From NCBI GenBank assembly GCA_963715195.1, contig CAVQRT010000031.1, positions 224,001 through 288,000 of the forward strand: 64,000 bases of DNA, given 5' to 3'. The notes below the pieces were generated by a model, which ran no database searches, had not been told where the DNA came from, and saw nothing but the letters and a program-made list of their open reading frames with translations. This DNA is from Thermodesulfovibrionales bacterium. GTDB lineage: Bacteria > Nitrospirota > Thermodesulfovibrionia > Thermodesulfovibrionales > SM23-35. Both the position numbers and the translations under genes were made by a program. Below, piece after piece: positions 22,100 through 33,299 of this stretch (positions are counted from its first letter, which is position 1; each line of letters begins with the position of its first letter).

Positions 22100-23357
22100 T
22101 TATCCCTCCTCTTTTAATGTTTTAATGTTCGTAAAGAATTTGCTGAAAACCCAGAACCCGAAGACCGCAATGACAGCCCAGAATACAGAACCTCCGATAG
22201 TCTCTATGCCTGTTGCGACAGATGGTTGCGACATTTTGATGTATTCGAGTTCGATCATCTTTTTAGGAACTGCAGAAGCCCTGTTTACGAAACCTGCAAG
22301 AATTGCCATGGCATAAAATCCCCTGATGTGTATCCCCTTCACGACCTTTGTGGTAAGTGCACCAACCTGAATTCCAATTAGTGAACCAAGAAGCATTCCC
22401 ATAGCAAGGGTATAGAACACATATCCGTAAATAGCATATTGGCTTATAGCGGCAAACCCTGCGGTAAAGATAATCTGGAGGATATCAGTTCCAACGGTTG
22501 TCATAGAGGATACACCAAAGATATACACGAACATGGGGAAGGTTGCGAATCCACCGCCGACACCCATTATGGCAGCCAGATTCCCCACGATGAATCCACC
22601 AATGCAATGATAACTCCTGATATCCTTCTTCCACCGAAATCTTCATCAAACGTTATCATGGGCGGAATCTTTATATTCTGCACTTTGATACCGAAGAGGC
22701 GGGCACCTCCAGATGGTCCGCCGTGTGCACCATGCCCACCGGCATCAGATGATGCCCTTTCTTGATTTATAAAATCGATCATGGCATAAGTGCCAAGAAA
22801 CGGAGCAATACCGCGTATATCACGCTAATGAAGGCTTCGCTCAAGTAGCAGGGTTCTTTGTCATAGATGCGCCCTGTTGAAAGTACCTCCAACAATAGCT
22901 CCTCCAATGGCGCCCGCAAGGAAAGCGATCGCCAGCTTTCCCGACACATTGCCAAGTTTCTTGTGGACAGCAGTACCCATAATTGCTTTGGCAAAGATAT
23001 GGAACAGATCCGTACCTACAGCGAGAATTCCCTTTACCCCAGCGGCCATAAGGGCCGGGGTGATGATAAACCCGCCACCCGCACCGATACATCCTGTGAT
23101 AAGCCCGGCAGCCAGACCGACTGCAATTGAAACCACGAATATTGTGGTCGAATAAAATGCAGGGGCATACGCCTTTTTGCCCCTAACACGTCAGCTGCCT
23201 CTGAAAATGATATGGCCAGTATCGGCAGCAGAAGAAGGAAAAGGACCAGCAGTTTCTTTCTATTCTTGATAATGCTCATCGAAACTTCATAGTCCCACTT
23301 GGCATGAGCTATACTGGCCGCTTTCATAAATTCAAAAATCTGTCTCGGAAAACTCAT
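22100..23357 (-). CDS. TauE/SafE (sulfite exporter family) permease; frameshifted
   Basis: GCIGAGGGFIITP, AVGTDLFH, GVGGGF, VGTD motifs spread over four ORF pieces. Confidence 0.85.
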
Positions 23358-23396
23358 TTCAACCCCTCCTTTTTTAATAATTAGGCACTGATCAGT

Positions 23397-23573
23397 TTAC
23401 TTCTTCGCTTTAGCCTTTCTTGTCGTCTGTTTTTTCTTTGTTGACTTTACCCTTTTTTTAAAGGCATCCTTTCCCTCTATATTTACTTCTCTTTTGATAT
23501 CATACTCCTGCGGCTCTGCGAAGGTTATTTCCACCTTGATATCTTTAAATTTTTTTGTCAACTTTTTAACCAT
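23397..23573 (-). CDS. 58-aa Lys-rich small protein leading the tauE operon
   Basis: MVKKLTKKFKDIKVEITFAEPQEYD...KAKAKK between the sigma54 promoter and tauE; weak SD. Confidence 0.5.
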   Translation of the reverse strand: MVKKLTKKFKDIKVEITFAEPQEYDIKREVNIEGKDAFKKRVKSTKKKQTTRKAKAKK

Positions 23574-23622
23574 ATATATTATTGAGTGTTTAAACTTACT
23601 TAACTTCTCTAAAAAATATTAG

Positions 23623-23638
23623 AGCAATACTTATACCA
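23623..23638 (-). promoter_or_regulatory. sigma54 -24/-12 promoter
   Basis: TGGTATAAGTATTGCT (GG-N10-GC) next to a sigma54 activator gene; TGCA..TGCA repeats at 23690-23770 as candidate UAS. Confidence 0.75.
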
Positions 23639-23777
23639 GCCTGTAACATATTGATATTTAAGATAAAAATATTTCGTGGGAAACGATAATGCAATTTAAT
23701 GATGCATTTAGAAGATAAAAAAAATGGAATAGCTTATTGGCGTGCAATTTACTGCATTAAAAAGTTGCAGTGAAAAT

Positions 23778-25079
23778 TTATATTGCTATTTTCAAGTTCC
23801 TGATCTTTTTTTGGAGTTGCTGTCTGTAAATCCCGAGGGATTCTGCTGCCTTTGATATATTTCCACGGGAGCCTTGTAAAGCAGACCATATTAATTCCTT
23901 TTCATATTCTTCGAGCGCTTCTTTCAATTTATGCTTAATAATTTTTTTTCTGGTAGAGGCTTGAAACAGGTATGAAGGCAAATCAGAAGGCAATATTTTC
24001 GGCGTATTTGTGAATGATATGGCACGCTCAATGATATTTTCAAGCTCCCGTACATTTCCAGGGTATACGTGGTTCATGAGTGTATCCATCGCATCCCCTG
24101 TGATACCTCTCATTAACATGTCTTTTCTTTTCGGAGCGTGCTTCTTTATAAAATGATCAACCAAAAGTGGTATATCCTCCATTCTCTTCTTTAATGGTGG
24201 AAGCTCTATATTTATCACATTCAATCTATAATATAGATCTTCTCGGAACATGTCTTTTTTACATGCAGTTTTGAGGTCCTTATTTGATGCCGCGATGATT
24301 CTCACATCAACTCTTAAAAAATGTGCCCCCCCAATCCTCATGATCTCGCCTTCTTGAATTACCCTTAAGATCTTAGTTTGAAACAGAGGGGAGACGTCTC
24401 CAATCTCATCAAAGAATACCGTCCCACCGTTTGCAAGTTCTAAAAGACCCTTTTTCGTATAATTTGCCCCGGTAAAGGCACCTTTTTCAAAACCGAATAG
24501 CTCTGACTCAAGGAGGGTATCAGGTATGGCACTACAGTTAATAGTCATAAAAGGGTTTTGCTTTCTTGGACTCCATTTATGAATCGCCCTTGCGACAAGC
24601 TCTTTACCTGTGCCGCTTTCGCCTATAATGAGCACGTTGCTTTCACTAACTGCCGCCTTTTTTATTAGGCCGAATACTTCTTGCATTAACGTGCTTGCAC
24701 CTATTAATTCGTCAAATCCATATTTATGGTTGAGGATTTTCTTTTTATATTTATTGATTACGTCACTTAAAACGGTATTGGTAAGCGGTTTTTCTAAAAA
24801 ATCGCATGCACCGAGTTTCATTGCTTCTACAGCCATTTTTAAATCAGGGTTCGAGAAAGCTATTACAGGCATTTCTTGTCTCAACTCTAAAATTCTTTGT
24901 TGCCAATTCTCAATATCGAGGTCAAGGAAAGCTAAATCATATCTGTTAAGATTGACAGACCCACTTATCAATGAACTGGCTTTTGCTCTCTGTTCTTTTT
25001 TATTTATGGTGAATCTGACTGATTTAAATAATGTATATAATTCTTTAGCTTCATCTGATAGTATCAAGACATTAAGCAT
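23778..25079 (-). CDS. sigma54-dependent activator (atypical receiver + AAA+ + Fis HTH)
   Basis: [23 protein letters not shown]. Confidence 0.92.
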   Translation of the reverse strand: MLNVLILSDEAKELYTLFKSVRFTINKKEQRAKASSLISGSVNLNRYDLAFLDLDIENWQQRILELRQEMPVIAFSNPDLKMAVEAMKLGACDFLEKPLTNTVLSDVINKYKKKILNHKYGFDELIGASTLMQEVFGLIKKAAVSESNVLIIGESGTGKELVARAIHKWSPRKQNPFMTINCSAIPDTLLESELFGFEKGAFTGANYTKKGLLELANGGTVFFDEIGDVSPLFQTKILRVIQEGEIMRIGGAHFLRVDVRIIAASNKDLKTACKKDMFREDLYYRLNVINIELPPLKKRMEDIPLLVDHFIKKHAPKRKDMLMRGITGDAMDTLMNHVYPGNVRELENIIERAISFTNTPKILPSDLPSYLFQASTRKKIIKHKLKEALEEYEKELIWSALQGSRGNISKAAESLGIYRQQLQKKIRNLKIAI

Positions 25080-25327
25080 TACTCATTTTATAGTAAAACA
25101 GATATAAAAAACACCGCGGGAGGGTAAAAATAGGGATTCGAGAAATAGCTTTTTTGAAGCTGCGATTTCAAGAGGTAAACCGCTACCGGAGTAGAAAGAT
25201 GTTTTTTCTTGCACGTCAATGTCGTTTTTGTCTCACTATAGGCACTCCTACACCCCAATTACCCTTAACAAAAAACACTATCCCCTCGATATGCCTCTAA
25301 ACTGTAACCACTATTCGCTCAGGCAGC

Positions 25328-26851
25328 CTATTGAAGAGCTGTCGGTGCGGACAGGCCGTATTTCTTGATCTTATACCCGATCTGTCTGGGTGTGAGGCCG
25401 GTCATGCGGGCTGCCTTTGCCTGAACCCAGCCTGTTTTTTCGAGCGCATCGAGGATGCTCGACTTCTCGATGTCCTCAATGCCTGCCCTGAGGGACTCTT
25501 TCTGAAGCATATCTTCAGGTGAAGGCAATTTCAGATTGATCGGAAGGTCTGAAGCCCTTATCGTTTCGCGGCCTGACATGACGACAAGTCTTTCTATAGT
25601 GTTTTCGAGTTCCCTTACATTTCCGGGCCAGGCATAGTCAATCAATGCGTGAAGCGCCTCAGAAGAGATTGAAACGTTCTTGTGATTTTCTTCATTGAAA
25701 CGCCTGAGGAAAAAATCAACGAGCAGCGGAGTATCTTCCTTTCTTTCCCTGAGGGGCGGCATAAATATCGGAACAACATTCAGCCTGTAGAACAGATCCT
25801 CCCTGAATTTTCCTTTTGCAACGAGTTCTTCAAGATTTCTGCTCGTTGCCGCAATCAGCCTGATATCAACTTTGATTGTTCTCTCGCCGCCGACCCTCTC
25901 GAATTCCCTCTCCTGGAGCACGCGTAGGATTTTTGGCTGAAGATTCAGGGGGAGGTCTCCAACTTCATCAAGCAGAATCGTCCCGTGGTGAGCAAGTTCA
26001 AATCTGCCTTTTCTCACATTCATGGCGCCGGTGAATGCACCTTTCTCGTGCCCGAAAAGCTCTGATTCAAGCAGTCCTTCCGGTATGGACGCGCAATTGA
26101 ATTTGACAAACGGCGCCTTTGCCCTGGGGCTCATATAATGGATGGACTTCGCGATCAGTTCCTTCCCGGTCCCGCTTTCTCCATATAGAATGACCGTTGC
26201 CCTGGAGTCTGCGACGCGGTGAACGGCTTCGAATACTTCCTTCATTTTGTCTGAGGTTCCGATGATATTCGGCAGGCTGTACTTGCCCTTCAGCTGCAGC
26301 TTCAGGCTCTCTTTTTCCTCTTCGGAAGCCCGGTAATGCTTCCAGAGCATAACATACTGGGCAATAATGGAGCCGATGATTTCGAGGACCCTGACATCCT
26401 CGTCGACGGTTATTGCCTGATCTTTGAAGATTCTGTCAACGCTGAGGACTCCGATTGCTTCTCCCTTGAATGAGATCGGTACGCAGAGGAAAGAAATGCC
26501 GCTCTTCCCAATCCTCGATCCCGTCCTGTTCAGAAATAACGGCTCCTCACCGACGTTTGGAATAACCATGGGTGTTCCCTTCCCAATCACCCGTCCGACG
26601 ATTCCCTCCCCGATTCTGTATTTTCCCCGTTCGATCTGTTCCCTGGTGAGCCCATGAGCAGCAACAATCTTCAACTCCCTGGTGGTGTGGTCAAGGAGAA
26701 AAACAGACCCGCGCTCCATCTCGAGAAATTCACCAAGAACACGCATGGTCTTCGAGAGGTTTTTCTCGAGTTCAAACGAGGAATTGAGAACCCTGCTCAC
26801 TTCGAGGAGGGCTGAAAGGATTCTATTTTCTCGTGCTAATGACTCTGCCAC
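25328..26851 (-). CDS. NifA-like GAF-AAA+-HTH sigma54 activator
   Basis: GAF (GEGIVG...EPLFLNRT), [23 protein letters not shown] typical of NifA; likely GTG start at 26851. Confidence 0.85.
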   Translation of the reverse strand: MAESLARENRILSALLEVSRVLNSSFELEKNLSKTMRVLGEFLEMERGSVFLLDHTTRELKIVAAHGLTREQIERGKYRIGEGIVGRVIGKGTPMVIPNVGEEPLFLNRTGSRIGKSGISFLCVPISFKGEAIGVLSVDRIFKDQAITVDEDVRVLEIIGSIIAQYVMLWKHYRASEEEKESLKLQLKGKYSLPNIIGTSDKMKEVFEAVHRVADSRATVILYGESGTGKELIAKSIHYMSPRAKAPFVKFNCASIPEGLLESELFGHEKGAFTGAMNVRKGRFELAHHGTILLDEVGDLPLNLQPKILRVLQEREFERVGGERTIKVDIRLIAATSRNLEELVAKGKFREDLFYRLNVVPIFMPPLRERKEDTPLLVDFFLRRFNEENHKNVSISSEALHALIDYAWPGNVRELENTIERLVVMSGRETIRASDLPINLKLPSPEDMLQKESLRAGIEDIEKSSILDALEKTGWVQAKAARMTGLTPRQIGYKIKKYGLSAPTALQ

Positions 26852-26853
26852 CG

Positions 26854-29304
26854 CTATACGTTTTCCACCATTTCCCAGACGCCGCATGGACAGATGCCCG
26901 CGCAGAATCCGCAGCCGATGCACTTGTCATCGTCAACGACATACTCATATGAGCCGTCTTTGTGCTCGATCCTGCTGATTGCCCCCCAGTAGCAGGTAGC
27001 CTCACACATGTGGCAATCCCGGCAGGTGGCACAGGACATGCATTTGTTTGCCTCCTGTTCGGGAGACGTGAAGTCTCCCCGGCAGACATCATAATATTCC
27101 GTTCTGATACGTTCGTAGGGAATAACCTGTTTGATTTCGGGCGAGCGCGGGGCATGCATAAGCTGGTAGTGAATTGTCTCCGCAGCGGTCCTGCCCTGTC
27201 CGATTGCATGGGTAACGAGTCCAAGCCGCGTGGCGTCGCCGATCGCAAAGACTTTTACGTCAGATGTCTGTCCAATTTCGTTGACCGCAATCCATCCTCT
27301 TTCGGTATGGATGTTCGGCGGGAGGAAATCGAGAATCGGGATATCACCAACGGACATGATAACGACGTCAGCTTCAAGAAATGTCCCGTCCTTAAAAAAC
27401 AGTTTCTTTTCATTGTGGTCATATCTGTCCGTGAATCTCGGCCAGAGTATCTGTGTTCCCTTCGCAAGAGCAGTATCCATTTCCTTTCCGGATGCAGCCG
27501 GTTTCTGGATGTCCACAGCAATGACAGACTCAGCCCCGCAATTGAATGCCTGGGATGCAACATCCATCCCCACGTTGCCGGCCCCGATGATAACAACCTT
27601 CTTTTCATGCAGGGTTGGGATATCACCAAAGTTAATCCCCTTCAGAAAGTCATATGCCGAGAGGATGTGCTCTGAACCGGGGAACGGGAAAATCCGGGGT
27701 TTATGAGCACCGCAGGACACGACGACGATCTCGTGGGACGCATATATTTCCTCGAATTTCTTCTGATCTGTTCTCGCGTTCAGATGGACCGAAACCCCTA
27801 TCTCCCTGAACCGTGACAGTTCTTTCTGGAGTACATCCTGCGGAAGCCGTTCCCTCGGTATACAGAGTTCAAGCTTTCCGCCAAGCTTGTCCGTTGCTTC
27901 ATACAGATCGACTGTGTGGCCTTTGAGGCCGAGCTGCCAGGCGGCGCTCAGCCCTGCCGGTCCCCCTCCGATGACTGCTATGGTATGTCCCGTGGAATCA
28001 GCCTTTTCCGGTGCCGGAAGGTCAAGGGCGAGTCTGCCAAGCTGATCGATGCCCAACGGTTTGTCGAGCTTTGCCCTCGTGCAGCTCTGCATGCAGAGGT
28101 TCGGGCATATCTGACCGCATACGGTTGCCGGGAGCGGACTGTACTGAAGCACGAGTTCCAGGGCTTCATGGAGTTTCCCCTGTCTGATGAGCGAGGCCCT
28201 CTTGTGTGAAGGAATTTGTGTCGGGCAATTGTATGCGCAGGGTGGCAGGTATTTTTCATTTGCCCACACAGGTCTGTTCCTTCTCTCTTTCCCGGTTGTT
28301 ATATACGGCAGTATGGTCAGGTCGTGATCTATGTAAGGCGCAAATATCCCGCCTGCACCGACCTCTTTTTCCCATGTATTCTTCCTGAAATCGGAAGTCG
28401 AAATGCTAAACCATCGCCGGGCACGCTTCTCCTGAGGGGTAAATGCGATGAACTTTTTCCAGTCATCCGAAGAACGGGTCAGTTCTCTGTAATAGGACAT
28501 TCTGTCAATGGCTTTAAGATAGGGCTTCATTTGTGTTTTGAGCCATTCCCAGTCCTGCGGAGTGAGGTCGAGAAGTTTTACATCCCGTTCACTGTATCCC
28601 TGAATCGGGCCTCTGAAATAGACAGTGCCGCCCACCATTCCGACGCAAGGCCGGTAACCGAGGATGTTCTGAGGGTTCCTTGAATCAACACCGCAGACAA
28701 CGGCGATACCGCCCGCCTTGAATTCGGCGAACGAATCCCCGACATTCCTGAAATACCAGGACTGCGGCGGGTCGAAACGGGGATTGTGTTTCGTCATCGT
28801 ATCGCAGCGTGCTCCGCCACTTCCCTGAACGTAGAGAATTCCCTGTGCTGCGGCATTGAAGGCTCCGTTCGTTACGTCTCCCAATACTGTTATGTTTGCC
28901 CCGCAATTGATCCACCCGATATCATCGGAAGCACTCCCGTTGACAACGATTTCGGTGCCGAACATCCCCATGCTCCCGAGCCTCTGACCAACAGGCCCGT
29001 CCACGGTAATTTTGACGGTCTCTCCCCTCGGCCAGATTCTCCCTCCGATGCCGTGCTGCCCATCGGCCAGGATGTGCAAAGCCCGGGCCCCATCCCTGAC
29101 CGCCTGCTGTATTTCCTCCTCCAGGATCCGGGACCGAACACGCTTCCCGCCGACGACGCCGTGAATGGTTATGATTTTCTGTTCTGTTTTCTGGAAATCT
29201 TCTTTTTCTTCTTGAGCAGCAGTGAGTGCAGGCCGAATGTTTTTTGTTTTTTTCTTCCCGTCTGTTCCCCGCTGCCTACTGCCCACTGGTTTTTTAGCAC
29301 GCAT
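26854..29304 (-). CDS. Glutamate synthase subunit: GXGXG domain fused to GltD-like FAD/NAD(P)H oxidoreductase and 4Fe-4S dicluster
   Basis: [20 protein letters not shown], terminal CxxCxxCxxxC motifs. Confidence 0.88.
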   Translation of the reverse strand: MRAKKPVGSRQRGTDGKKKTKNIRPALTAAQEEKEDFQKTEQKIITIHGVVGGKRVRSRILEEEIQQAVRDGARALHILADGQHGIGGRIWPRGETVKITVDGPVGQRLGSMGMFGTEIVVNGSASDDIGWINCGANITVLGDVTNGAFNAAAQGILYVQGSGGARCDTMTKHNPRFDPPQSWYFRNVGDSFAEFKAGGIAVVCGVDSRNPQNILGYRPCVGMVGGTVYFRGPIQGYSERDVKLLDLTPQDWEWLKTQMKPYLKAIDRMSYYRELTRSSDDWKKFIAFTPQEKRARRWFSISTSDFRKNTWEKEVGAGGIFAPYIDHDLTILPYITTGKERRNRPVWANEKYLPPCAYNCPTQIPSHKRASLIRQGKLHEALELVLQYSPLPATVCGQICPNLCMQSCTRAKLDKPLGIDQLGRLALDLPAPEKADSTGHTIAVIGGGPAGLSAAWQLGLKGHTVDLYEATDKLGGKLELCIPRERLPQDVLQKELSRFREIGVSVHLNARTDQKKFEEIYASHEIVVVSCGAHKPRIFPFPGSEHILSAYDFLKGINFGDIPTLHEKKVVIIGAGNVGMDVASQAFNCGAESVIAVDIQKPAASGKEMDTALAKGTQILWPRFTDRYDHNEKKLFFKDGTFLEADVVIMSVGDIPILDFLPPNIHTERGWIAVNEIGQTSDVKVFAIGDATRLGLVTHAIGQGRTAAETIHYQLMHAPRSPEIKQVIPYERIRTEYYDVCRGDFTSPEQEANKCMSCATCRDCHMCEATCYWGAISRIEHKDGSYEYVVDDDKCIGCGFCAGICPCGVWEMVENV

Positions 29305-30955
29305 AGCTTATTTCCAATCTGTCTGCCATCGCTTTATCATCGATGCTCAATCCGTCCGACATCCCGATGGGCAGTTCGGTGCTTCTTCCCATGGGAGCGA
29401 AGATTTTTTTCAGTTCGACATTGGCTGACTTGAATACTTCGACAACACGCTCGGCAACCTTGTCGGAATCCAGTCTCCGGTAAAGTTTTGGGTCCTGGGT
29501 CGTTATGCCTCTCGGGCATTTCCCCGTATTGCAGAGGTTGCAGCGATTATATTCGTCACCGAAGCAGTTTGCGGTTGCCTGCATAACATATTTCCCGATT
29601 GATACCGCCGATGCGCCGAGCATGATGAGGGCAGCAGCATTTGCCGCCAAATTCCCTTTCTTTGCAACACCTCCGGCCGCAATCAATGGCAGTTCATTCT
29701 GTTTGCCCTGTTTGACGAGGTCGAGGTAGCATTCCCGCAGATTCGATACTATCGGATGCCCCATCTTGTCTATCGAGACATTGTAGGCAGCTCCGGTTCC
29801 GCCGTCTTCACCATCGATCGACAGAGCTGCTGCATAAGGATTCCTCGCGAGATTATTGAGAACAGCGCGTGCCGTTTTGGTTCCGGAAATCTTCGGGTAA
29901 ACAGGCACACGGAATCCCCAGGCCATTGACATCGACTGGATCATCTTCGCAACGGCCTCTTCAATAGAGTATTTCGTCTGATGGGTGGGGGGTGATGCGA
30001 GGTCGACAAACTGCGGGACCCCGCGAATGCTTGCGATAAGCCTCATGACCTTCTGGGCCATGAGGAGACCGCCGTCACCGGGTTTTGCGCCCTGACCATA
30101 CTTGATCTCGATGGCAGCGGGGTCCTCGACCATATCAGGTATAGCATGGATGATCTCATCCCATCCGAAATACCCTGAAGCGATCTGAATGGTCATGTAT
30201 TTCAGAAATCTTGATTTCAATAGCCTTGGCGGTACCCCGCCTTCACCGGTGCACATGACAACCGGCATGTTCTCAACTTCATTGAGATAGGCGACTCCCA
30301 TGGCAAGGCCCTCCCACATCGGAGGCGACAATGCCCCCATGGACATGCTTCCGATCATGATGGGGAATATTTCACGGACCGGGGGGATAAATGTATCAGT
30401 CGGATGTTCAACTCCGAGTGTACCGTTCGTTGTAATCAGGGGCAGTTCTTCGGGCGGCAGGATTCTTCCCAGAAGGGTCCTTACCCGGAATTCATGTCTC
30501 CCTGCATCGAGGGCAGGATCTGTGAGCATGGAGATTCTCGTGAATTTGAGTCTGTCGAGCGTCGATATCGCAGGGTCATTCCTTCTTCCACCTCGTTTAT
30601 AGCCTTCTCCGCCCCTGTTTTTGAAATGAAGAAATTTGTTCGTTGGGTTATACTCAGGTTCTATCGCATCATTCGGGCATACAAGGGTGCATGCGCCGCA
30701 GCCGGTACAGGCCCGCTCTATCTCCGTCACCTGTTCAACGACATGGGTGATTCTCCGGACGGTTGCCGGTTCTGGAACAGGGCCTTCCGACTGCACAAGG
30801 CGCTGAAGTTTGACTGCCGGTACGATAGCCTTTACCGGACAGACCGCCGTGCAACTGCCGCATCGCTTGCACCGGTCATCCCTCCAGCGGACGATATAGG
30901 GAAATTCCTTCAGCGAGAGCTGATGATTGTGATCTAATGTTGCAGCTGGTTCCAT
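29294..30955 (-). CDS. Glutamate synthase FMN subunit with N-terminal 2x[4Fe-4S] and C-terminal 3Fe-4S Cys
   Basis: MSMGALS, TGEGG, EIKYGQGAKPGDGG, CNLCNTGKCP. Confidence 0.9.
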   Translation of the reverse strand: MEPAATLDHNHQLSLKEFPYIVRWRDDRCKRCGSCTAVCPVKAIVPAVKLQRLVQSEGPVPEPATVRRITHVVEQVTEIERACTGCGACTLVCPNDAIEPEYNPTNKFLHFKNRGGEGYKRGGRRNDPAISTLDRLKFTRISMLTDPALDAGRHEFRVRTLLGRILPPEELPLITTNGTLGVEHPTDTFIPPVREIFPIMIGSMSMGALSPPMWEGLAMGVAYLNEVENMPVVMCTGEGGVPPRLLKSRFLKYMTIQIASGYFGWDEIIHAIPDMVEDPAAIEIKYGQGAKPGDGGLLMAQKVMRLIASIRGVPQFVDLASPPTHQTKYSIEEAVAKMIQSMSMAWGFRVPVYPKISGTKTARAVLNNLARNPYAAALSIDGEDGGTGAAYNVSIDKMGHPIVSNLRECYLDLVKQGKQNELPLIAAGGVAKKGNLAANAAALIMLGASAVSIGKYVMQATANCFGDEYNRCNLCNTGKCPRGITTQDPKLYRRLDSDKVAERVVEVFKSANVELKKIFAPMGRSTELPIGMSDGLSIDDKAMADRLEISYAC

Positions 30956-32043
30956 ACGCTGACCTCCTCCGCATCTGGCTTGACGATTACCATGTCGTAT
31001 TTCATAGGAAAGATATCACCTGATTTGTCCCTTTTGGGGATGGAGCTGTCGAGGCCGCATTCCTCGGACATCAGTGCATATTTCCCCTTAGTCCCGCCAA
31101 CGACTCCGGGTCTCAGTTTCTTTGCGTCGTGCGCCATGAAACAGTTGCCGTTGGGGGTAAATCCGATAACCATATTCGGGCCGTCGATGCAGAGCGGCCT
31201 TAAGGATTGTTTGATAAGCCGCAAGGCTTTTTTGTCCTGTCTGGGTTCGATTTCAGAATCTTTCAGCGGTGTAATGACATCTTTATAGTAGGTGAGAGGG
31301 AATCCCAACTGCCGTACGGTATAGTGCAGAATATGGGTGAAAACCTCACTGTCACTGTTATACCCCATATACCCCGGGAAGCCCCTGCTCATCAGGAACT
31401 CCCTGATGGGCACAAAGGCAGTATTCTCTCCGTTTGTCATAGAGCAAAATCCCTGGATGAAAAAAGGATGGCAGGCATAGAGATAGATCGCATAATTTGT
31501 GTTCTGCCTTCCCTGAGCAAAGATAATTTTTGCTTTGAGGCCGCCCTTGTCGAGACCAAAGAATTCAGCTACCTGAAGCGGGTCCCCGACTTCCTTCAGC
31601 GTCAGTACGTCGGGATAGAATGAGAAAACGAAGATTGATTCATCCTGTTCTCCGAGCTTTCGCAGCGTAAGGCGGATATTCATCAGGAGATCTTCTTTTT
31701 CCTTTGTCGGTTTGTATTTGTAGGAAAAGGGATAATCGTATGCCCGCGCGAAATAATGGTCGCGGGGCTGAATCCCCTTAACGGATTTTGTTTTCGGAGC
31801 CCAGATGTCTTTTAACTGAAATCCTGCCTTGTCCATGAAGTCGTCAAGAATCTTAGCCCCGGATTTTGAGCATATGCCTGAAAGAATCGGGTATCCTTTC
31901 AGGTGCTCAAAATGCCCCCCAAGGTCTTTGAGTGTGAGACCAAGACCTGAGCCGTCGTGGCCCTCCTTCATGGTCTCAAGGGCAAGGATATTCTCCATCG
32001 GGGAAAAGTATTCCTTTGAAGTTATTGCGGCCAATCTGCACAT
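30934..32043 (-). CDS. Class II glutamine amidotransferase subunit of split glutamate synthase
   Basis: N-terminal M-C, RQNTN, HPF, NGE, SDSE. Confidence 0.9.
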   Translation of the reverse strand: MCRLAAITSKEYFSPMENILALETMKEGHDGSGLGLTLKDLGGHFEHLKGYPILSGICSKSGAKILDDFMDKAGFQLKDIWAPKTKSVKGIQPRDHYFARAYDYPFSYKYKPTKEKEDLLMNIRLTLRKLGEQDESIFVFSFYPDVLTLKEVGDPLQVAEFFGLDKGGLKAKIIFAQGRQNTNYAIYLYACHPFFIQGFCSMTNGENTAFVPIREFLMSRGFPGYMGYNSDSEVFTHILHYTVRQLGFPLTYYKDVITPLKDSEIEPRQDKKALRLIKQSLRPLCIDGPNMVIGFTPNGNCFMAHDAKKLRPGVVGGTKGKYALMSEECGLDSSIPKRDKSGDIFPMKYDMVIVKPDAEEVSVWNQLQH

Positions 32044-32063
32044 GGTTATTACCTCGAAAGATT

Positions 32064-32093
32064 AGTTAGACGGCAATCGATTGCCGTCTAACT
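32064..32093. promoter_or_regulatory. Perfect 30-bp palindrome with core GGCAA-N4-TTGCC; putative NrpR operator of the glt operon
   Basis: AGTTAGACGGCAATC|GATTGCCGTCTAACT between TTGACA (minus, 32120-32125) and the start codon. Confidence 0.7.
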
Positions 32094-32191
32094 GTAGATT
32101 AAAAGGTGAGAAACAATTTTGTCAAGAAAAAAACAAATTTGTAAGGTAGGTCAAAAAGTACCGCTGCACTTTTTCGAATACATTTTTTGAT

Positions 32192-32947
32192 TTAAACGAT
32201 CCTGCCCTGAATGCCGATCTTCGTCTTTCTGACGGGAATCTCTTTCCCGGAATCCTTCACGGCTGCTTCAACCAATTTCACCAGCCCGGCGCAGCAGGGA
32301 ACTTCCATATACGCAATACTTACTGAGTGAATATCATTTTCCTTCAATATCGCTGCCAGTTTTTCACTATATGTATCAGCATTATCAAGTTTCGGGCAGC
32401 CTATTGCGAGCGTGCGGCCCCTGATAAAGTCCTGGTGAAACCCTGCATAGGCATATGAACAGCAGTCAGCGGCTATGAGCAGGTCGGTTTCTTCGAAAAA
32501 TTGGGCCTTCAGGGGGAGGAGGTGTATTTGAACCGGCCAGTTCCTGAGCTGCGGCTCCAACCTTCCATGTGCTGAAAGCGGTGAAGATGTTGTTAGCGGT
32601 ATTGTTTGAATCATGCTACCCGGGCATCCGCACGGAAGGTTTTTCTCTTCTTTTGCTTCATGTTTCTTCTGTGCCTCTTCCATTCTCCACACTGCTTCGC
32701 TTCCTTTTGCTTGCAAAAGATACTGCTTTGTTGCCTCAATATCAAAGGGTTTTGATTCCTTTTCCTCTATCTTCAGGGCACCTGACGGACACTCACCGAT
32801 ACAATCACCGAACCCGTCACAGAAATCTTCTTTCACGAGCTTCGCCTTTCCTTCAACAATCTGCAGTGCACCCTCGGAACAGGCACTGACACAGTTGCTG
32901 CACCCGTCGCACAGTTCCTCATCGATCGTGATGATTTTTCTTTTCAT
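32192..32947 (-). CDS. 4Fe-4S dicluster protein (FrdX-like)
   Basis: Two CxxCxxCxxxC motifs, GCPGS, WPVQI, GCPKLD, MEVPCC; GAGGA SD before ATG 32947 (track start 33244 is too long). Confidence 0.85.
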   Translation of the reverse strand: MKRKIITIDEELCDGCSNCVSACSEGALQIVEGKAKLVKEDFCDGFGDCIGECPSGALKIEEKESKPFDIEATKQYLLQAKGSEAVWRMEEAQKKHEAKEEKNLPCGCPGSMIQTIPLTTSSPLSAHGRLEPQLRNWPVQIHLLPLKAQFFEETDLLIAADCCSYAYAGFHQDFIRGRTLAIGCPKLDNADTYSEKLAAILKENDIHSVSIAYMEVPCCAGLVKLVEAAVKDSGKEIPVRKTKIGIQGRIV

Positions 32948-33002
32948 CGTAATCCTCCTCAAATGTTCTTGATTCCAGGATAGAACAGGGGTGGGAAAAT
33001 GT

Positions 33003-33020
33003 CCTTGACGTAAGTCAAGG
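33003..33020. promoter_or_regulatory. CRP/FNR-family (HcpR-type) site
   Basis: CCTTGAC-GTAA-GTCAAGG palindrome ~60 nt upstream of the FrdX-like gene. Confidence 0.65.
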
Positions 33021-33299
33021 GTGGCAACACAATTTCTTCGGAGCCGGTAAAAATTTTCTATTGTTTTCCCGACGTTTTTTTGATTCTCTTTTTTATCTTC
33101 GGTAATACAACAAAAATAATGATTATCGCTGCAACAATGATCAATAGTTCCAAATCCGTTTGCTCCTTCAGTTAACCTATCAGTATTCGGGAGAGCTGAA
33201 GCCCTCAGATATGCGTCCCCGCGATTTGCTGCTTTGAAAATCAAAGTCCTGACAGCCCTCCGGATACAATAAGGGTCATAACCTTGTCAGCGAGCGTAT

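Noticed and set aside
32948..33244. N-terminal extension of the 4Fe-4S protein in the ORF track
   Set aside because: SD and family-typical start are at 32947; the extension covers the regulatory palindrome
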